Source: Okamejei kenojei (taxonomy: Eukaryota). From it: a stretch of DNA of 64,000 bases. The notes under the pieces were generated by a model, which saw nothing but the letters and a program-made list of their open reading frames with translations, searched no databases and was not told the DNA's origin. Position 1 is the first letter of the stretch. Each line of letters begins with the position of its first letter. The stretch spans positions 20,770,001 through 20,834,000 of the forward strand of contig CM069143.1 of the NCBI GenBank assembly GCA_035221665.1. Reading direction: 5' to 3'. The translations under genes and the position numbers were made by a program. Below, in pieces: positions 13,763-27,600 of the stretch.

Positions 13763-13972
13763 TAATGTGAAACTTGCATTTCTCCTCATCCTGCAGTTCA
13801 ATTTATTGGCACTATTTGCATGACAATGGGAAATCTGTTGATGGTTACTTATTATTCACATCAAAATTACTTTCAACTATTGTGACTACAGTTTAAAAAA
13901 AATGTAATTGGCTCTAAAATATTTTAGGTACCCAGAGCTTAATAAAATGGTCCATATATAGGTCCGTTTAGT

Positions 13973-14250
13973 GACACAGTGTGGAATTGGGCCCTTCGGC
14001 CCACCTAGTATGTGTCCACCAACAATCACCTGTACACTAGCTCTATCTTACACACCGGGAACAATTTACAGAACCCAATTAACCTACACAACTGCATGTC
14101 TTAGGAATGTGGGCTGAAACCAGAGCATCAGGAGAAAACCCATGCAGTCACAAGGAGAATGCACGCACTCCGTACAGACAGCATCCATAGTCAGGATCAA
14201 AGCAGGGTCACTGGCACTGTAAGCCAGCATCTTTACCACTGCACTGCCTA
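13973..14250 (-). mobile_element. V-SINE (HE1-like)
   Basis: Reverse complement of the 22610-22890 SINE (GGAGAAAACCCATGCAGTCAC...GTCAGGATCAAA). Confidence 0.8.
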
Positions 14251-14956
14251 GAGTTCTTTATTAAGGAGAATAACTAAGATACTAAATATCTGAAACTATT
14301 GAGATGGGAGGCTTTTAATTTCCAATTAGTTTCCCAAAATGTTGCCTCTGTGTCTGCTGTTCAACTCTGCTAAACATTATTTGTCTCTGCTTGGGCAATG
14401 TTTAAGATTGATAATAAAGACTTAAAAGGGCATTCCGTGCATGGTGGTCAAACTCATTGCTTTCAGAGGCGAGCAACCAGAATGTGATGTGTGGGTGAAG
14501 TTTTTTTTGTGACAACTTCACCTGCAAACAGCATGCATTTGATGTCAAACAAAGGAGACAAAAGACTGCTTTTCAGGACTACTTCAAATAAATAGGAGGC
14601 ATCAAGAATTCTTGCTTCACCAGAAGTTTTTGTTCTTGTGTTTTTTTTAGAAAAAGAGATTAGGCCACAGTGCCTGCTGACTACAATTGGAAAATCAATA
14701 TGTGCATATGTGCATTCATTGAAAGAAAACCGCCGTCTCTGAGAAGCTTATGCCATTGCTATTCCTGCCTAGCCAGTGCATTATTGGCTGCAGTTGCAAT
14801 ACAGATGTGAATAGAAGCCACATTGCTTTGATGTGTATTGGAAAATCAGAAGTACCCTCATTAAACAGAGAGGACAGAACTCTGATTACTGGCTTATTAT
14901 TGCCACTGTGATTTCTAATGATTTCCACACCAGATTTGTTTTTCACTTCTATTTCA

Positions 14957-15200
14957 CAGGAGCACATGCTGAGGGATGCACTGTGCAGCCAGTGCAAATG
15001 CTCCGTGTGGAAGGACAAGAGTCTAGGATCCTTCCGCTGCTGGAGATTGAGGGGATGAGTCCGGTGGGGAAACCTCTGCAACACAGGAAGGGAGTCATCC
15101 CAAGGGGGTACATGAGTGGCAATGGGCCATGAATAAACAGATGCACAAAACCTGAAACACTGAATGCAAAGACCAACACTAAAAATGTGTTAAAAGCTTT
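14957..15200 (+). mobile_element. Tx1/L1-like ORF2 C-terminal and 3'UTR fragment
   Basis: QEHMLRDAL...AASANAPCGRTRV* resembles the recalled Tx1-type ORF2 end (QEYVLRDAL...WGKTTV*). Confidence 0.5.
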
Positions 15201-16945
15201 GAACTGTGTTTTTTGTACCTATAATGATTACGTTTATTTTTGAAATTAAAAAACATTTTTGGGCAGATTGTTGCACCGCACATAGAATTACCTGGAATTA
15301 TGATTAAATTATAAAACCAAATTGCAGCCCAACAGTCTTGTGTTGGTGTGCATCATCCAGACAAACTGTAGCTCTTGTAGCTCCAGCCCACTTTTTTCCC
15401 TTTACCATTTATCTCCTCTCTCGCTCAATCATCATCTAATCTACTCCTAAATGTTGTCAAGGTTTCTGCTTCAATCGATAACTCTGGTGGTGCATTTTAC
15501 AACCTCGTAAACCCATTGTACAAAAAAGAATTTCCTGCGTTCTGCCATTTTAATCTTAAATCTATTTCCCCACATTTTAAATCCCTCCTTCTCTGCTCCA
15601 GGTTCCAAATTCAATTCCTGTCCTCACTCTTTTGAAGATGTTATCAACCCACTCGAAACAAATGGTCTGATGCTAAACTACCAAGAAGAAGAGAATCATG
15701 TGAATACATAAAATGTGCAAACACCCGTAACTCACACTACAGTTTCATGTTTTTAAATGTGTTTCTTCTGCATATTCCTAGTTCCAGCCAGGGTTATGAC
15801 ATGATCACCTGGCAACAACTGCATTCAGTTGTGATATTGATTAATAAAACAAATTTTTGCATGCTTTGTTAAGAGCAGAAAAGCACCATTTTAAAAAGAG
15901 CAATGCAGCATCGCAGGTCAACCTGTGATGAAAACACTGTTCATTTATGTCCCCGATGGACCGGTTAATTGCTGTAACCAGGTAAATGGAAAACACAGTT
16001 TTACAGGGTAGAAGAAATGATTTTAAAAATGAATGACTGTAAGACACTAGATATTAGATGCACTGTTTATAATAATTCAACAGTCACTTTGACCATTCCT
16101 GACTAAAGTAGCTCAAATCACTAATGTGCAGACCAAAGGGACTGCAAATATACCAGACCTCTTAATGGAAATAGAATTTGATGCCAATCAACTTATAATA
16201 GCCTGTGGGTTTTCAAGTCAGGTAAAGGAGGAAAATACAGACAGAAGCAAGCTGAGATTATCTCTGATCCAGGGCTTTGCAGCATAACTTCAGTGTTTTA
16301 AAATGATTCAGTTTCTAATTTTATTATTATTGCCTTTACGTTCTAACAATCTACCCTGTGTCTTCCCAAACTATGTTTTCCAGCCATTTCTATATTGAAA
16401 ACGATACCTTCTCATCTACTTATAGTACAAATACTATAAAAACTGAAATTGTAATACATATCATAAAATTGTGTTATACTGACTTCAAAATCGTGTAACA
16501 CAGATTTGAAATGGAGCAATACAGTTTGGAAATACACGTCATCTCTCAAACTGATGTAATAATGATTTTGGCTACTTGCTCTTTCAACACTCAGGTTTGT
16601 TCTAGTAGCAGATAAAATAAATCCATAGGGTTGCGTGATGAATCAGAATTAACATATTTTCACCGTTTTCTTGGGATTGCAATTATCCTTCATTTTAATC
16701 AAATATAAACATAATGTTCAGGTGGGGAATGCAATACTTTCTGATGAGCCATTTTCGTCCAAATACTGACACATATAAAGCCAACAATCAGTATATATTT
16801 GGGGACTATTTTCAGACATTTGTAATTATATTTATAATCAGCAGGTGCAAGTTAAATAGTTCCCATCAAATATAATTCTACCTTTTAAGTGAAGGGGCAG
16901 TATTATACCACATATGGTTCTGATTTTATTTAATTCCTTACCAAC

Positions 16946-17504
16946 TGTATTGTGTACAGTGTTGGTCTCCTAATTTGAGGAAGGACATCCTTGTGATTGA
17001 GGCAGTGCAGCATTGGTTCATGAGATTGATCCCTGGGATGGCGGGACTGTCATACAAGGAAAGATTGAAAAGACTAGGCTTGTATTCACTGGAGTTTAGA
17101 AAGATGAGGGGGGATCTTATAGAAACATATACAATTCTAAAAGGACTGGACAGGCTAGATGCAGGAAAAATGTTCCCAATGTTGGGCGATTCCAGAACCA
17201 GGAGCCACGGTCTTAGAATAAAGGGGAGGCCATTTAGGACTGAGGTGAGGAAAAACGTTTTCACCCAGTGAGTTGTGAATTTGTGGAATTCCCTGCCACA
17301 GAATACAGTGGTGGCCAAATCACTGGATGGATTTAAGTGAGTTAGATAGAGCTCTAGAGGCTGGTGGAATCAAAGGATATGGGGAGAAGGCAGGCACGGG
17401 TTATTGATTGGGGACAATCAGCCATGATCACAATGAATGGCGGTGCTGGATCGAAGGGCCGAATGGCCTCCACCTGCACTTATTTTCATTGTTTCTATGT
17501 TTCT
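16946..17504 (+). mobile_element. 5'-truncated CR1 LINE (HER1-like)
   Basis: RT C-terminus RLIPGMAGLSYKERLKRLGLYSLEFRKMRGDLIETY..RTRSH, followed by 3'UTR and a TTTCTATG-repeat tail. Confidence 0.92.
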
Positions 17505-18339
17505 AAGTGCTATAGTTCACTGGTACAAAATTCCCAGTGAGATCATGGCCTTGGTTGTGCTTCATTGGGCTTAATAGGTATTATAATTTCACATTTATGA
17601 GTTAGTTTTCATCCCTTTGTGTCAACTCTTCATTAAGGCCCGAGGAAATAGAGCAAACCTGTGCCTCCAGTTGCAATGACAACACACTGACAGGATTGTG
17701 TTGAGTTTTTAGTTTGGACACAATCTTCGGGAACTAATTTTTACTATTTTTCAGTCAACATTTTATCTACTTTTGTTCTGAACAGTTTTTTGTTTTGTTC
17801 CCCTACTCTCTTAGTTGTGAGTTTTGCTGAGGTACCCAAAACAAAACAGTTGTGACCAGTTCCCCAGTTGCCAATTTTGGAACTGACATATTCATCCCTC
17901 CAACAAAATTAGAAATCTGTATTTACTTTGGCTACATTGTGTACAAAACCTAATGGAAATATAATTTAGGTTAGGTGATAAGTTCCAAGGTACAAGGAAA
18001 AACTTTGTTTTGTATGCCATCCAATCAGACCAGATATACTATACATAAATACAATCAAGTCAAACTCATACATAGAGCAAAGGGGAAGGTACAGAGTGCA
18101 GAATATAGTTCTCAGCATTGTCACGCATCGGTTCCATAGCCAAAGCCCAATGGCTCAATGGAAACTTCACCACCTCCAGTTTAAATACCAGTTGGAATAT
18201 TTTGGAGGACCAAGTAACCAAGAAAAGAGGTGAATTGGACAGTTTATGGCTTATGGAAGGACTGTTTGGAAGCCTGAATGGAAACCTAATGGGAACACGG
18301 CAGAAAATACTTCCAGAAAAATTCTGTTCACTTATGTAG

Positions 18340-18848
18340 CACGTTGAGGAAGTGCAGAGAAGGTTCACCAGACTGATTCCTGGGATGTCAGGACTGTCTT
18401 ATGAAGAAAGACTGGATAGACTCGGTTTATACTCTCTGGAATTTAGGAGATTGAGAGGAGATCTTGTAGAAACTTACAAAATTCTTAAGGGGTTGGACAG
18501 GCTAGATGCAGGAAGATTGTTCCCGATGTTGGGGAAGTCCAGGACAAGGGGTCACAGCTTAAGGATAAGGGGGAAATCCTTTAAGACCGAGATGAGAAAG
18601 ACTTTTTTCACACAGAGAGTGGTGAGTCTCTGGAACTCTCTGCCACAGAGGGTAGTTGAGGCCAGTTCATTGGCTATATTTAAGAGTGAGTTGGATGTGG
18701 CCCTTGTGGCTAAGGGGATCAGAGGGTATGGAGAGAAGGCAGGTACGGGATACTGAGTTGGATGATCAGCCATGATCATATTGAATGGCGGTGCAGGCTC
18801 GAAGGGCTGAATGGCCTACTCCTGCACCTAATTTCTATGTTTCTATGT
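18340..18848 (+). mobile_element. 5'-truncated CR1 LINE (HER1-like), younger copy
   Basis: Uninterrupted 134 aa RT C-terminus QRRFTRLIPGMSGLSYEERLDRLGLYSLEFRRLRGDL..., followed by a TTTCTATGTTTCTATG tail. Confidence 0.93.
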
Positions 18849-19119
18849 TGAAAATAGATGTGGTTCCACACATAGTATATCTACCCGATGGTCCCCACTA
18901 CTTATTGTGTAGGAAGAAACTGCAGATGCTGGTGCATGGTCTGGCTAAATAATGGGAAGGTTATGGGTGGCAGCCAGGGGCTGTCTTTCCAAATCCTTAT
19001 GTAGGGTTAGCCCTTTACCATTGACTGTGCTTCTCCTTCCACAGGTGCTTCTTAATCTGCATTTTCTGTTTTAATTCCCCAGAATCAGTGCAACATTAAC
19101 ACATAACAGATAAACAAAG

Positions 19120-19250
19120 ACACAAGCGAGACTGCAAATGTTGTAATCTGGAGCAAAAAAACACCTGCTGGAGAAACTCACTTGGTGAGGCAGCATTTGT
19201 GGAGGCAAAGTGAGGGCCAACGTTTTGGGTAGCACCCTGCATTAGGACGT
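19120..19250 (-). mobile_element. Penelope-derived short unit (degraded)
   Basis: CTGCTGGAGAAACTCA..GGCAGCATTTGTGGAG..AACGTTTTGGGT is the reverse complement of the family consensus. Confidence 0.6.
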
Positions 19251-20677
19251 CATAAGAATAAAAATAAACAAAGACATTACAATTAACCAAGCCTCTGGTA
19301 CTGGAGAGTTATGGGACACATGCTGTAGCAATACAACAATTTGAATAGTGTGTTTAATGTAATAAAACAAGGCAAAGTTCTTCATGGAGTACAATCAAGA
19401 AAACCAGTTGACACTGTGATTAGGAACAATAATCAGAAGGTTGGTTAAAGAGGTTAATTTTAAGCACAGACACTCACTTAACAACTTGGCAGTATGTGTA
19501 GGTCAGTGCAACCCTTGCCAGTGGAGTCATCATCATTATCTATATTATAAAATATCTTTATTCACTATGAAATGAAGTGTGTGGGTTTATATGTCAACCA
19601 ACTGGTTCTAAATCTTTGAAAAGCCGGATCCTCTCAATTTTATTTCACTTTATGTAGCTATCCTAAAAATCAGGTCAAACTATTTTAATGATGATTATTA
19701 AAAACAGGGGCTGTTTTAAAAGCGTTACATGCCTTTTACTTTGAAAAAACAACAAAATTTTTAATGCAGCTGCCCGATAATTGTAGCATATTCATCATAA
19801 GAAGGTTAATCTAAGTGAGTCATTATTGCCAGGGTTATAGATTTCTCTGGATGCATGTAATACAAAAGAGGAAAAATGAACAAATGTGTTTGTAAATGAA
19901 CAAATTGCGAGCAAGCAGTATTTTCAGATATGAATCAGTAATTACCATTCATGTAGTTCAGTGACCAGAGATAAAAATTAAATCTACAATTTTACTGCAC
20001 ATCTCTCGTTGCAGCATTGTCTGTTCAGCATCCTGTTCTTACCAAATTAAATGGAAAGTTTAAGTTCAACAGCTCCTGTCTTTGTGCTACACACAAATAA
20101 AAATGGTAGAATAATGGATGTTATGGACAAGTAACCTGGAGAGCTAGATTAATGATCCTGAAACTCAGGTTTAATTCTGCAGCAGGTGAAGGATTTTGAT
20201 TCAGCTGGTATTGAACAGGCGACTTGTATCATAAATGGTGCCTATAAAACTACCGGAAGATTATAAAATCCTCCATGTCCTCTAATGTACATTAGTGAAA
20301 GATTTTTGCTGCCCTTATCCAGCATATCCTAAATGTGCCTCGAATGCAAGATTTTTAACTGCCTGGTGAACAGTCAAGCAAATCACTCAATTGTATGAAA
20401 TCGTTACATCAAAGCATGAGAATGAAATCGAACGGGCCACCCTTCATTGGTCTCAGTGTTGGTTATGGGCCCAACAAAGGCATACACAGCCCAGTCAGCC
20501 GCACAAAATACTCTGCACAAATATCTGGGGACTTGAGCCTAAATTGGAGAGCTGTCCCACAAGTAATAACAGAAAGTGCTGGAGTAACCCATCTGCTCAG
20601 GCAGCATCCATGAGAGGGAATGGACAGATGAGATTTCAGGTCAGGATGGCTGAATTCTAATCCTATCCTTTATGACC

Positions 20678-20810
20678 TTATGTTTAAGAAGGAACTGCAG
20701 ATGCTGGAAAATCGAAGGTAGACAAAAATGCTGGAGAAACTCAGCGGGTGAGTCAGCATCTCTGAAGCGAAGGAAATAGGCAACATTTTGTGCCGAAACC
20801 CTTCTTCAGA
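20678..20810 (-). mobile_element. Short Penelope-derived unit with hammerhead-like core and TSD
   Basis: Near reverse complement of 60381-60513. Flanked by CTTTATGACC (20668-20677 and 20811-20820). An older copy lies at about 20570-20647. Confidence 0.8.
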
Positions 20811-22609
20811 CTTTATGACCCTTTTTCAGACCCACCAGTGGAAGTGGCACACTCACATACAGTCCGGAAGGAATGTCCCAAAAATTCTCATCAATGAATT
20901 CAGACCCTGTAAAATTTCATAACATTAACTCAAAGATGGGCAAGGGAAATTCCTGTTGTTTACCCATCTACACCCTCACTCAGGTGACAAATCAACCTTC
21001 CTTCACGGTGGACGTGACTTGAAAAGGCACAGACTGTACCCTAGAGAGCAACTTCAATGTTCATCAGTTAATATTACCATTACTGACTGAATTAAGAAGG
21101 GCACAGCTTCTTACCTAGATCTTTGTCAGTTTATAAGAGAATCAATGCAAGGATTAAAACAACGTAAACTTGTCCTATCCACTATAAGTAACTGAATCGA
21201 AACAGTATTGGTGGTACTATCTCTCATCTCATCTTCACCCTCCACATGTGTGATACCACGTTATACCCATTATCCTGCACACTGTGGACAGTTTGATTGT
21301 AATCATGTAGTATTTTCGTTGACTGGATAGCAAGTAACGAAGCACTTTTCACTCACCTCAGTACACGTGACTATGATTAATTGAACTAAACTAATATACA
21401 GGATGGAACACAAAGAAAAGAAAAACTCCAGCAATAAAGAAAAAAAAAATGTTCCTAACACCCACACTGCCTGTAGCTTTTGTGATCTAGAGGCTGTTAA
21501 CAGGTGCTGCATAAAACCAAATATTTCAAAAGAGTTGTTTTTTATAGAATAATAATTTATAGAATTAGAATCTATAGAATTATAATTAGTCAACTAGAAT
21601 TTTTAATACTATGGCATGCAGCAAACTTAAGCATTAGCATCAAGTCGGGGGGGGGAGCAACTATAGTTCAGTAAAAGCCCCAAGAGACCTAAAGCAGATG
21701 TTAGGTCCTGATGAAGCTACAAAACCAAATAAACAGTAAAACTAACATACTATACAAAGAGCTGCACAAACCTGCAGCTAATTGATTGAATATCGCTCTG
21801 CAGTTGTGCACAAAACTGGAGACAGTAGCCAACCCAAGTCTGAGTATTCGGGAGGAGAGGCTTTCAGAACATCCCTTTTCACAACAACTAAATAGTTCAG
21901 GAGAAAAAGATCAGGGTAATTAAACGTCTAACACATATTCTAATGTCCACTCAAGAACTATCCTTACATTGTTGTTCTTCATACAATGAACAACCATGTG
22001 GCATGAAATGATATTTGACGAGTAAAACTATTTAACATAACTTTTATTACCCCTGTTCAGAGCAGGGCCTGGGATGTTTCTCTGTATTTGTTGTGCACCA
22101 ATACAAATGATGGGTTCAATGTAGTTTATGACATGGCCTCAATGATAATTGTTCTTGTCATCATGTGCGGCACAGACAATGTGGGCTAAAGGGCCTGGTC
22201 CTGTGCTGCACTGTAATACGTTATTTTAAAAAAACTGAATGAACCCATGCAAAACTGTCTGCTTCCTTTAATTTGCGAGGATTTCTTCAGTACAACATAC
22301 TCTCCTCAGAAGGAAATCATCTGCCCCCCCTGTTGTTAACTTTTCAGTGCACTGTCCTTACTTGCCTTTTAATGCTCTTCTGACCATACACCCTTAGCTC
22401 AGTCATGCTGCCCCCTTCGATGTACAGTTTTGAAAACTGTGGCTCTGCTTCTTTTGGTCAACTTTGTTCCTTCAGAGTCCAATGCTCCTTCCTTTATATA
22501 AACCCCATTGTACAGTTACCACATACCCACGTTGAATTGTGCTGTAGGTGTGTGGTCTGCTATTACTTTCCCAGTACAGAAAACTAATGATGGTTTAGAC
22601 CATCACACG

Positions 22610-22890
22610 CAGGACAGCGGCAGAGTTGCTTCCTAACAGTGCTAGAGACCCGGATTCGACCCTGACCATGGATGCTGTCTATATGGAGTTTGTACATTCT
22701 CCCTGTGACCGTGTGGGATTTCTCTAGAATGTTCTGGTTTCATTTCCACATTCCAAAGACATGCAGGTTTGTAAGTTAATTGGCATCTGTAAATTGTCTC
22801 TAGTGCGTAGGTTAGAATTATGGTAGGGTGATTGCTGGTCAGCATGGACTCAGTGGGCCAAAGGGCCTGATTCCACACTGTAACTCTAAA
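22610..22890 (+). mobile_element. V-SINE (HE1-like)
   Basis: B-box-like GGATTCGACCC, V-core ATGGAGTTTGTACATTCTCCCTGTG and tail GGGCCAAAGGGCCTG. Confidence 0.85.
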
Positions 22891-23999
22891 CAAAACTAAA
22901 CCAATCCCAGGAGTGCAGGCCACAGACATTGAACCACACATCATTTCTTAACTGTACACCTCTCTTGTTGGAAGCAGCTGCTTGACTGTGAAACATGTTC
23001 TGATCAATATGAACTTCGGCCAATAGCCCTCTGCAGCATTAACAGTTATTGGTAACACCCACCCCTCTTTGTCCTTCAGTAACAAAGTCAAACATTTTCA
23101 ACCAGGCTGAACTGGACTTCAGTATGAAGTATCCAACAAAAGCTGTCTAAATGGCATAACATTCAGCTGTTTGAAGGCAGACAGCGAGGAATAATTTCCA
23201 GGCCATTGTTAAACAATGCTCTTCAACCTCACCCATTAAGGAGAAATTCCTGTTCTTCCAACATGAATATGCAACAGTCAGGAAGTTCTTTTTTCCCCCC
23301 AAAAATATCAAACCAACACTTTACACCGGTAGTATTTATTTTATTTACACCAACCTTATTGCAATTCCACTACAACCTTAGAGTTACTTTTACAAAAACA
23401 GTGAATGAAAGCCCTGTGCTTCTCTCATTTCACACCGTCTTGTGCACTAAAACGTAATAAAAGATGCACCTGGCTTACAGGGCTCAGGCAATACTTTACG
23501 ATGCAGATCAGCAGTAAAATGAAGGCTTTGAATTGCTTCCTCCTCTTACAGATCACACTCACATCAATTACAGCAATCATGTCACTTTGTGTCCTTTTAA
23601 AAACTTTGTTTAATTAGTGACCTACAATATAAGCAATTCATTAACCGTTCACGTACAAAGCTTGAGTCCCAAATAATTGAATAACTCACAGACACGATTG
23701 GCTTGCTCTTTTTAAAGGCATTTTCTTGCATTACTGAATCAGCACGAGTGGGTCTCACGGGGTTTATGAATCTGCCAAATATAAACTGACTGCCCTCTAT
23801 TCAGCCATTAGCAATGGACCCCCATCTGTACTTGGGGCTATGAATCTGCACTCAGTATTGCCACCTGCTACAACAGTCTTGTTAATGCAGTCAGGCTGAC
23901 TGTGCATCTGTGAGCTAGCTCTCTGTATAGAAGCTGCATTGTATCTGTATGGTGCATTTGCCCAGCTCAGTGCCAGTTCTGAGCTCATACTATACTCTT

Positions 24000-24640
24000 T
24001 TTTTAAAGATACAGAACCTGTATGTTTAATTCCTTAATGACCTCAGGATATCTCAACACAGTTTAAAACCAGTAGCATCATGTTGTATAAAAGGAGACAC
24101 GGCAGCCATTATGTGCACACCAAGATCAGCCATGTGATGTTGGCCTGATAATGTGATGTTTAGAACTGATGTTGGCTATGGTAAGTATCAGACAATCAGA
24201 AGTCCATATCATCATTTGGAATCATATCCTGTGCAGCAGGATCTATGATTGGAGATTTTTTTAATTAATCACTGTAAAGCAGCTGATGTCAGCATAACAT
24301 CTGCTCAGTGAACGGTGTATTGATTTAAAAACTAATGCATTTTATAGCTATTTTTATACAGAAAAAAATACCTTGAGGAAATGTTATGATACAAAGTCTG
24401 ACAATGAGACATATAGAGAAATATTATGGCAAATTACTAATAAAAGCAGATTTTAGCAATAATCTGCAAGAGGCGAGAACCACAAATCATGATAAATGGA
24501 ACCTTCCCTCCCTACTATCTACTGAATTGCAATTCCAAGAACACACCAGTTGCTTCCCAGTGGACAAAAGAACCCCTTCAGGAAAGCTATACCCCAGGCA
24601 GCTCACATGTGCCTCCTAGTGGCTGAGACTGACACCACAA
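24000..24640 (-). mobile_element. Old DeuSINE-like (SacSINE/AmnSINE-like) remnants
   Basis: Shares words with 47335-48270 (GCAGCCATTATGTGCACACCAAGATC). Assignment is from recalled consensus only. Confidence 0.35.
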
Positions 24641-27600
24641 GTGTAAGCTGGAGAACAGGTTCCCCAACATCCTCAGTTGATCACAGCAAGTCAAAACATG
24701 GAGAACTCTCTCCACATAACAAAAAAGAACACCCTAATCTCCACAGTGACAAGGCTAAGCTATGACTCCTGCATCCATTTTGTTCAAATGTAATTATGTG
24801 CCTCAATTCAAAATATTAAATTGAGTACTTGTTCTCTATTGATTATTGTATTTGGTGGTCTTTGTTTTTGAGTTGCGTGTTTGGAAGTAATGTTTCTCTG
24901 TGTTTTTTGGCAGGATGTACCAAATACCTCCCTTGTTGCTAAAACTGAGATTCAAATGAATGCACAGTATTTTCCAGCCCCCTCTTTCCCTCTCAACAAG
25001 TCCCTTGAAGCAGAAAATCAGTTCCCTTTCCAAAAATATCTGCATGCACCTCAATTTGATAATTAAACTTTTGAAAAACAGTTGTTTATTTAATGTGCAT
25101 TTTAAAGACTGTGACATTGTGAAGGCCTGGTCCATGCTTGTTTTAGCATGTCATGTCCCCTCCCCCACCCCTTTATTGTGCGTCAGACTGTCTACAAAGG
25201 TCAAAGTAAATGATTAGCAGTTGGTGCATTTAAAATGTTTCATTAATTATGAGACATTTCCTAGTGACACAATCTCAATACTATGCATATAGCGCAAAGA
25301 TTTATAGAACACATCTGGACATTTGGACTATCATTTTATTAGGAAAAACCACAAAATATGAGTAAATTCTGCTTCAGTCGTAGTTGCCAGTTTTCCCTCG
25401 TCCCTCTGGGTCATATTTTGGCAAAAAGTACAACATTGAAGTTTTACAGGCGCAGCTCGAAGCTGGCTACCACAGTGCATGCAGCTTCTCCAAGTCCAAG
25501 CTGGCCAGCAGTGCTGCAATGTAACAACTACCCCATTCAAAGAAATGTGTCATCGCTTCTTTGTCTCTCCATCTTCCCCAACCCCCATCACTTCCACCAC
25601 CCACCTTGCTTACATTGTCAGATACCCTTGTAATGCTAGCAAGCTGACCTCATTCTAATACATCCTGGAGCTCAGTCTTGCCGTTCCAATGGTTTCCTCG
25701 CATTGTTTCAGAAACGTTTAGTGTAAATTTAAACAGGCAAGAGAGTTACAAACTCAGTACATTTCAGTCTTTCCGTTGTCAATGAATTTCATCAGACATT
25801 CTTTTTAACAGGGGGTGAAATTAAGATGGAGGTGTTTTGTTTCATTTAGCCAATATGAAAATTTAAAAAAACTTTTAACATAAAGTTAACAAAAAGTAGC
25901 ATAAAATAAATTGGACAGCTGATTGCCATAATGTGGCCAAAAATTAAGCTAAAATGTATGTCAATATTAATCTAATCAGCACCCAAGTGACTCACGTGCC
26001 TATGGTACCCAGTAGGTTTTATGTCCCTGCCTCGTGACTCTGAATTACAAATATCTTCCCACTTTAACACTGAGATCAATTGCAGGTCTCTGTAAGCTGC
26101 AAAGTACAGTGGCTATTGAGTGGGCCTCACTGATTACTGCCCTTGAACAGGCGTAGCCTAAAACACAGTCCTTGAACAGGCACAGCTTAAAACAACGAGT
26201 TAGTACAATGACATTGACTGTGGCATTCTGTTGTTTCACGAGAGTCAATGCCTCACAATGTCAGACACCTGGTTCTCGACCTGAAACATCGCCTATTCCC
26301 CACAGATGCTGTCCAACCCGCCCAGTTACTCCTGCTTTTACTCCAGGAGTTTGCAAGTTTTCCATGAACAGCTTTGTCCCAAGTGCACCAGTTTTCTCTC
26401 ATATTCCAATGACATGTCAGTTGGTACCATGATTAGCCACTGTGAAATGCCTCTTATGTGAAGGCAATCAGTGGAATCTGGGGGGGTTGATTGATGAAAA
26501 TACGAGAATTTTAAAAAATGGGTTTAATGCATTAAAATAAATGGATGATTGATGGCCTGCGTGTCCTTAGTGGGCGTCAGGCCTGTTTCCATGCTGGATC
26601 TCTCTTTGACTCGGATTCATGGGGTTTTAGTTAATTTTAACCCCTCTGCACTGGTATAAATGGCATCATCAAAACACATCTGCACTTTGTAATATAAAGC
26701 AACTGTGCTGACCTTCATTTATTCCTCTGGTATTGGTAAGAAGTAATACCAATACTTAGATCTTTTGTAGAAGCTACGTTTTGATGAGAAGATGCCGCCT
26801 GGATGACATTAAATGGGATGCCATTATCATGGAAAGAGTCTAGTCTAATCCAAGCTTTCAGACAGATCACATAAACACCCGAGGTGGCCATTTGGATGAC
26901 AATAGGTCACATGTGAAGGCACACATTCTTTCCACGGGTGTACCATGTATAATTCAGACAACACAGGCATTTTTGTAACCTCTCTGATCCTTGTGGAATG
27001 TGCCTGTATTGGGGTATTTCACACAATAGGTTCAACCATAGTTTTTTATAGGTCAATAACCTATATTGCAACCCATGCCTGCAGTGGTTTTGACTTTACC
27101 TTATCTTGATGAATGATAATTGGAACATGCCTGCAGTACCTTCCTTTAACAAAACAGTAGAAATCTAATCTAAGCAGTAAATATTTGATTAAATGGTACA
27201 GATTTCCATGCCTGATAACTGAAAATTGCATTTAAGGGCTTTGAACTGATGCTCAGTCATAAATTACAGAACACATCCACCAGAAACTAAAAGAAGAGTT
27301 ATTATAAATAATCATTTTACATTGCCTTATTTAAAATATTATTCAGTTGAGTATTTGACTAACTATTAATCATCCTGCCTATAGGGTGTCACAAATGAGC
27401 ATTGCATTAAAAACACCCACTAATTTACCCAGTAGTATTCCGAGACTAGGATGGAAGTCAGACAAAGAACATCATGCATTTAAATAGCACCCGTCAAGAA
27501 CAAAATGCCCAAAACATTTTTACAGACAACACTTTTTAAATTATAGTGAATGTTATAATTTGAGAAGTCTGGAAACCAATTAGCATACACCAACTTCACA

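Noticed and set aside
14935-15137. Apparent antisense terminal exon (polypyrimidine-CAG acceptor, ORF, AATAAA)
   Set aside because: It is better explained as a Tx1/L1 3' fragment beginning right at the apparent acceptor.
22610-22680. tRNA gene
   Set aside because: It is only the degenerate tRNA-derived head of a SINE and does not form a cloverleaf.
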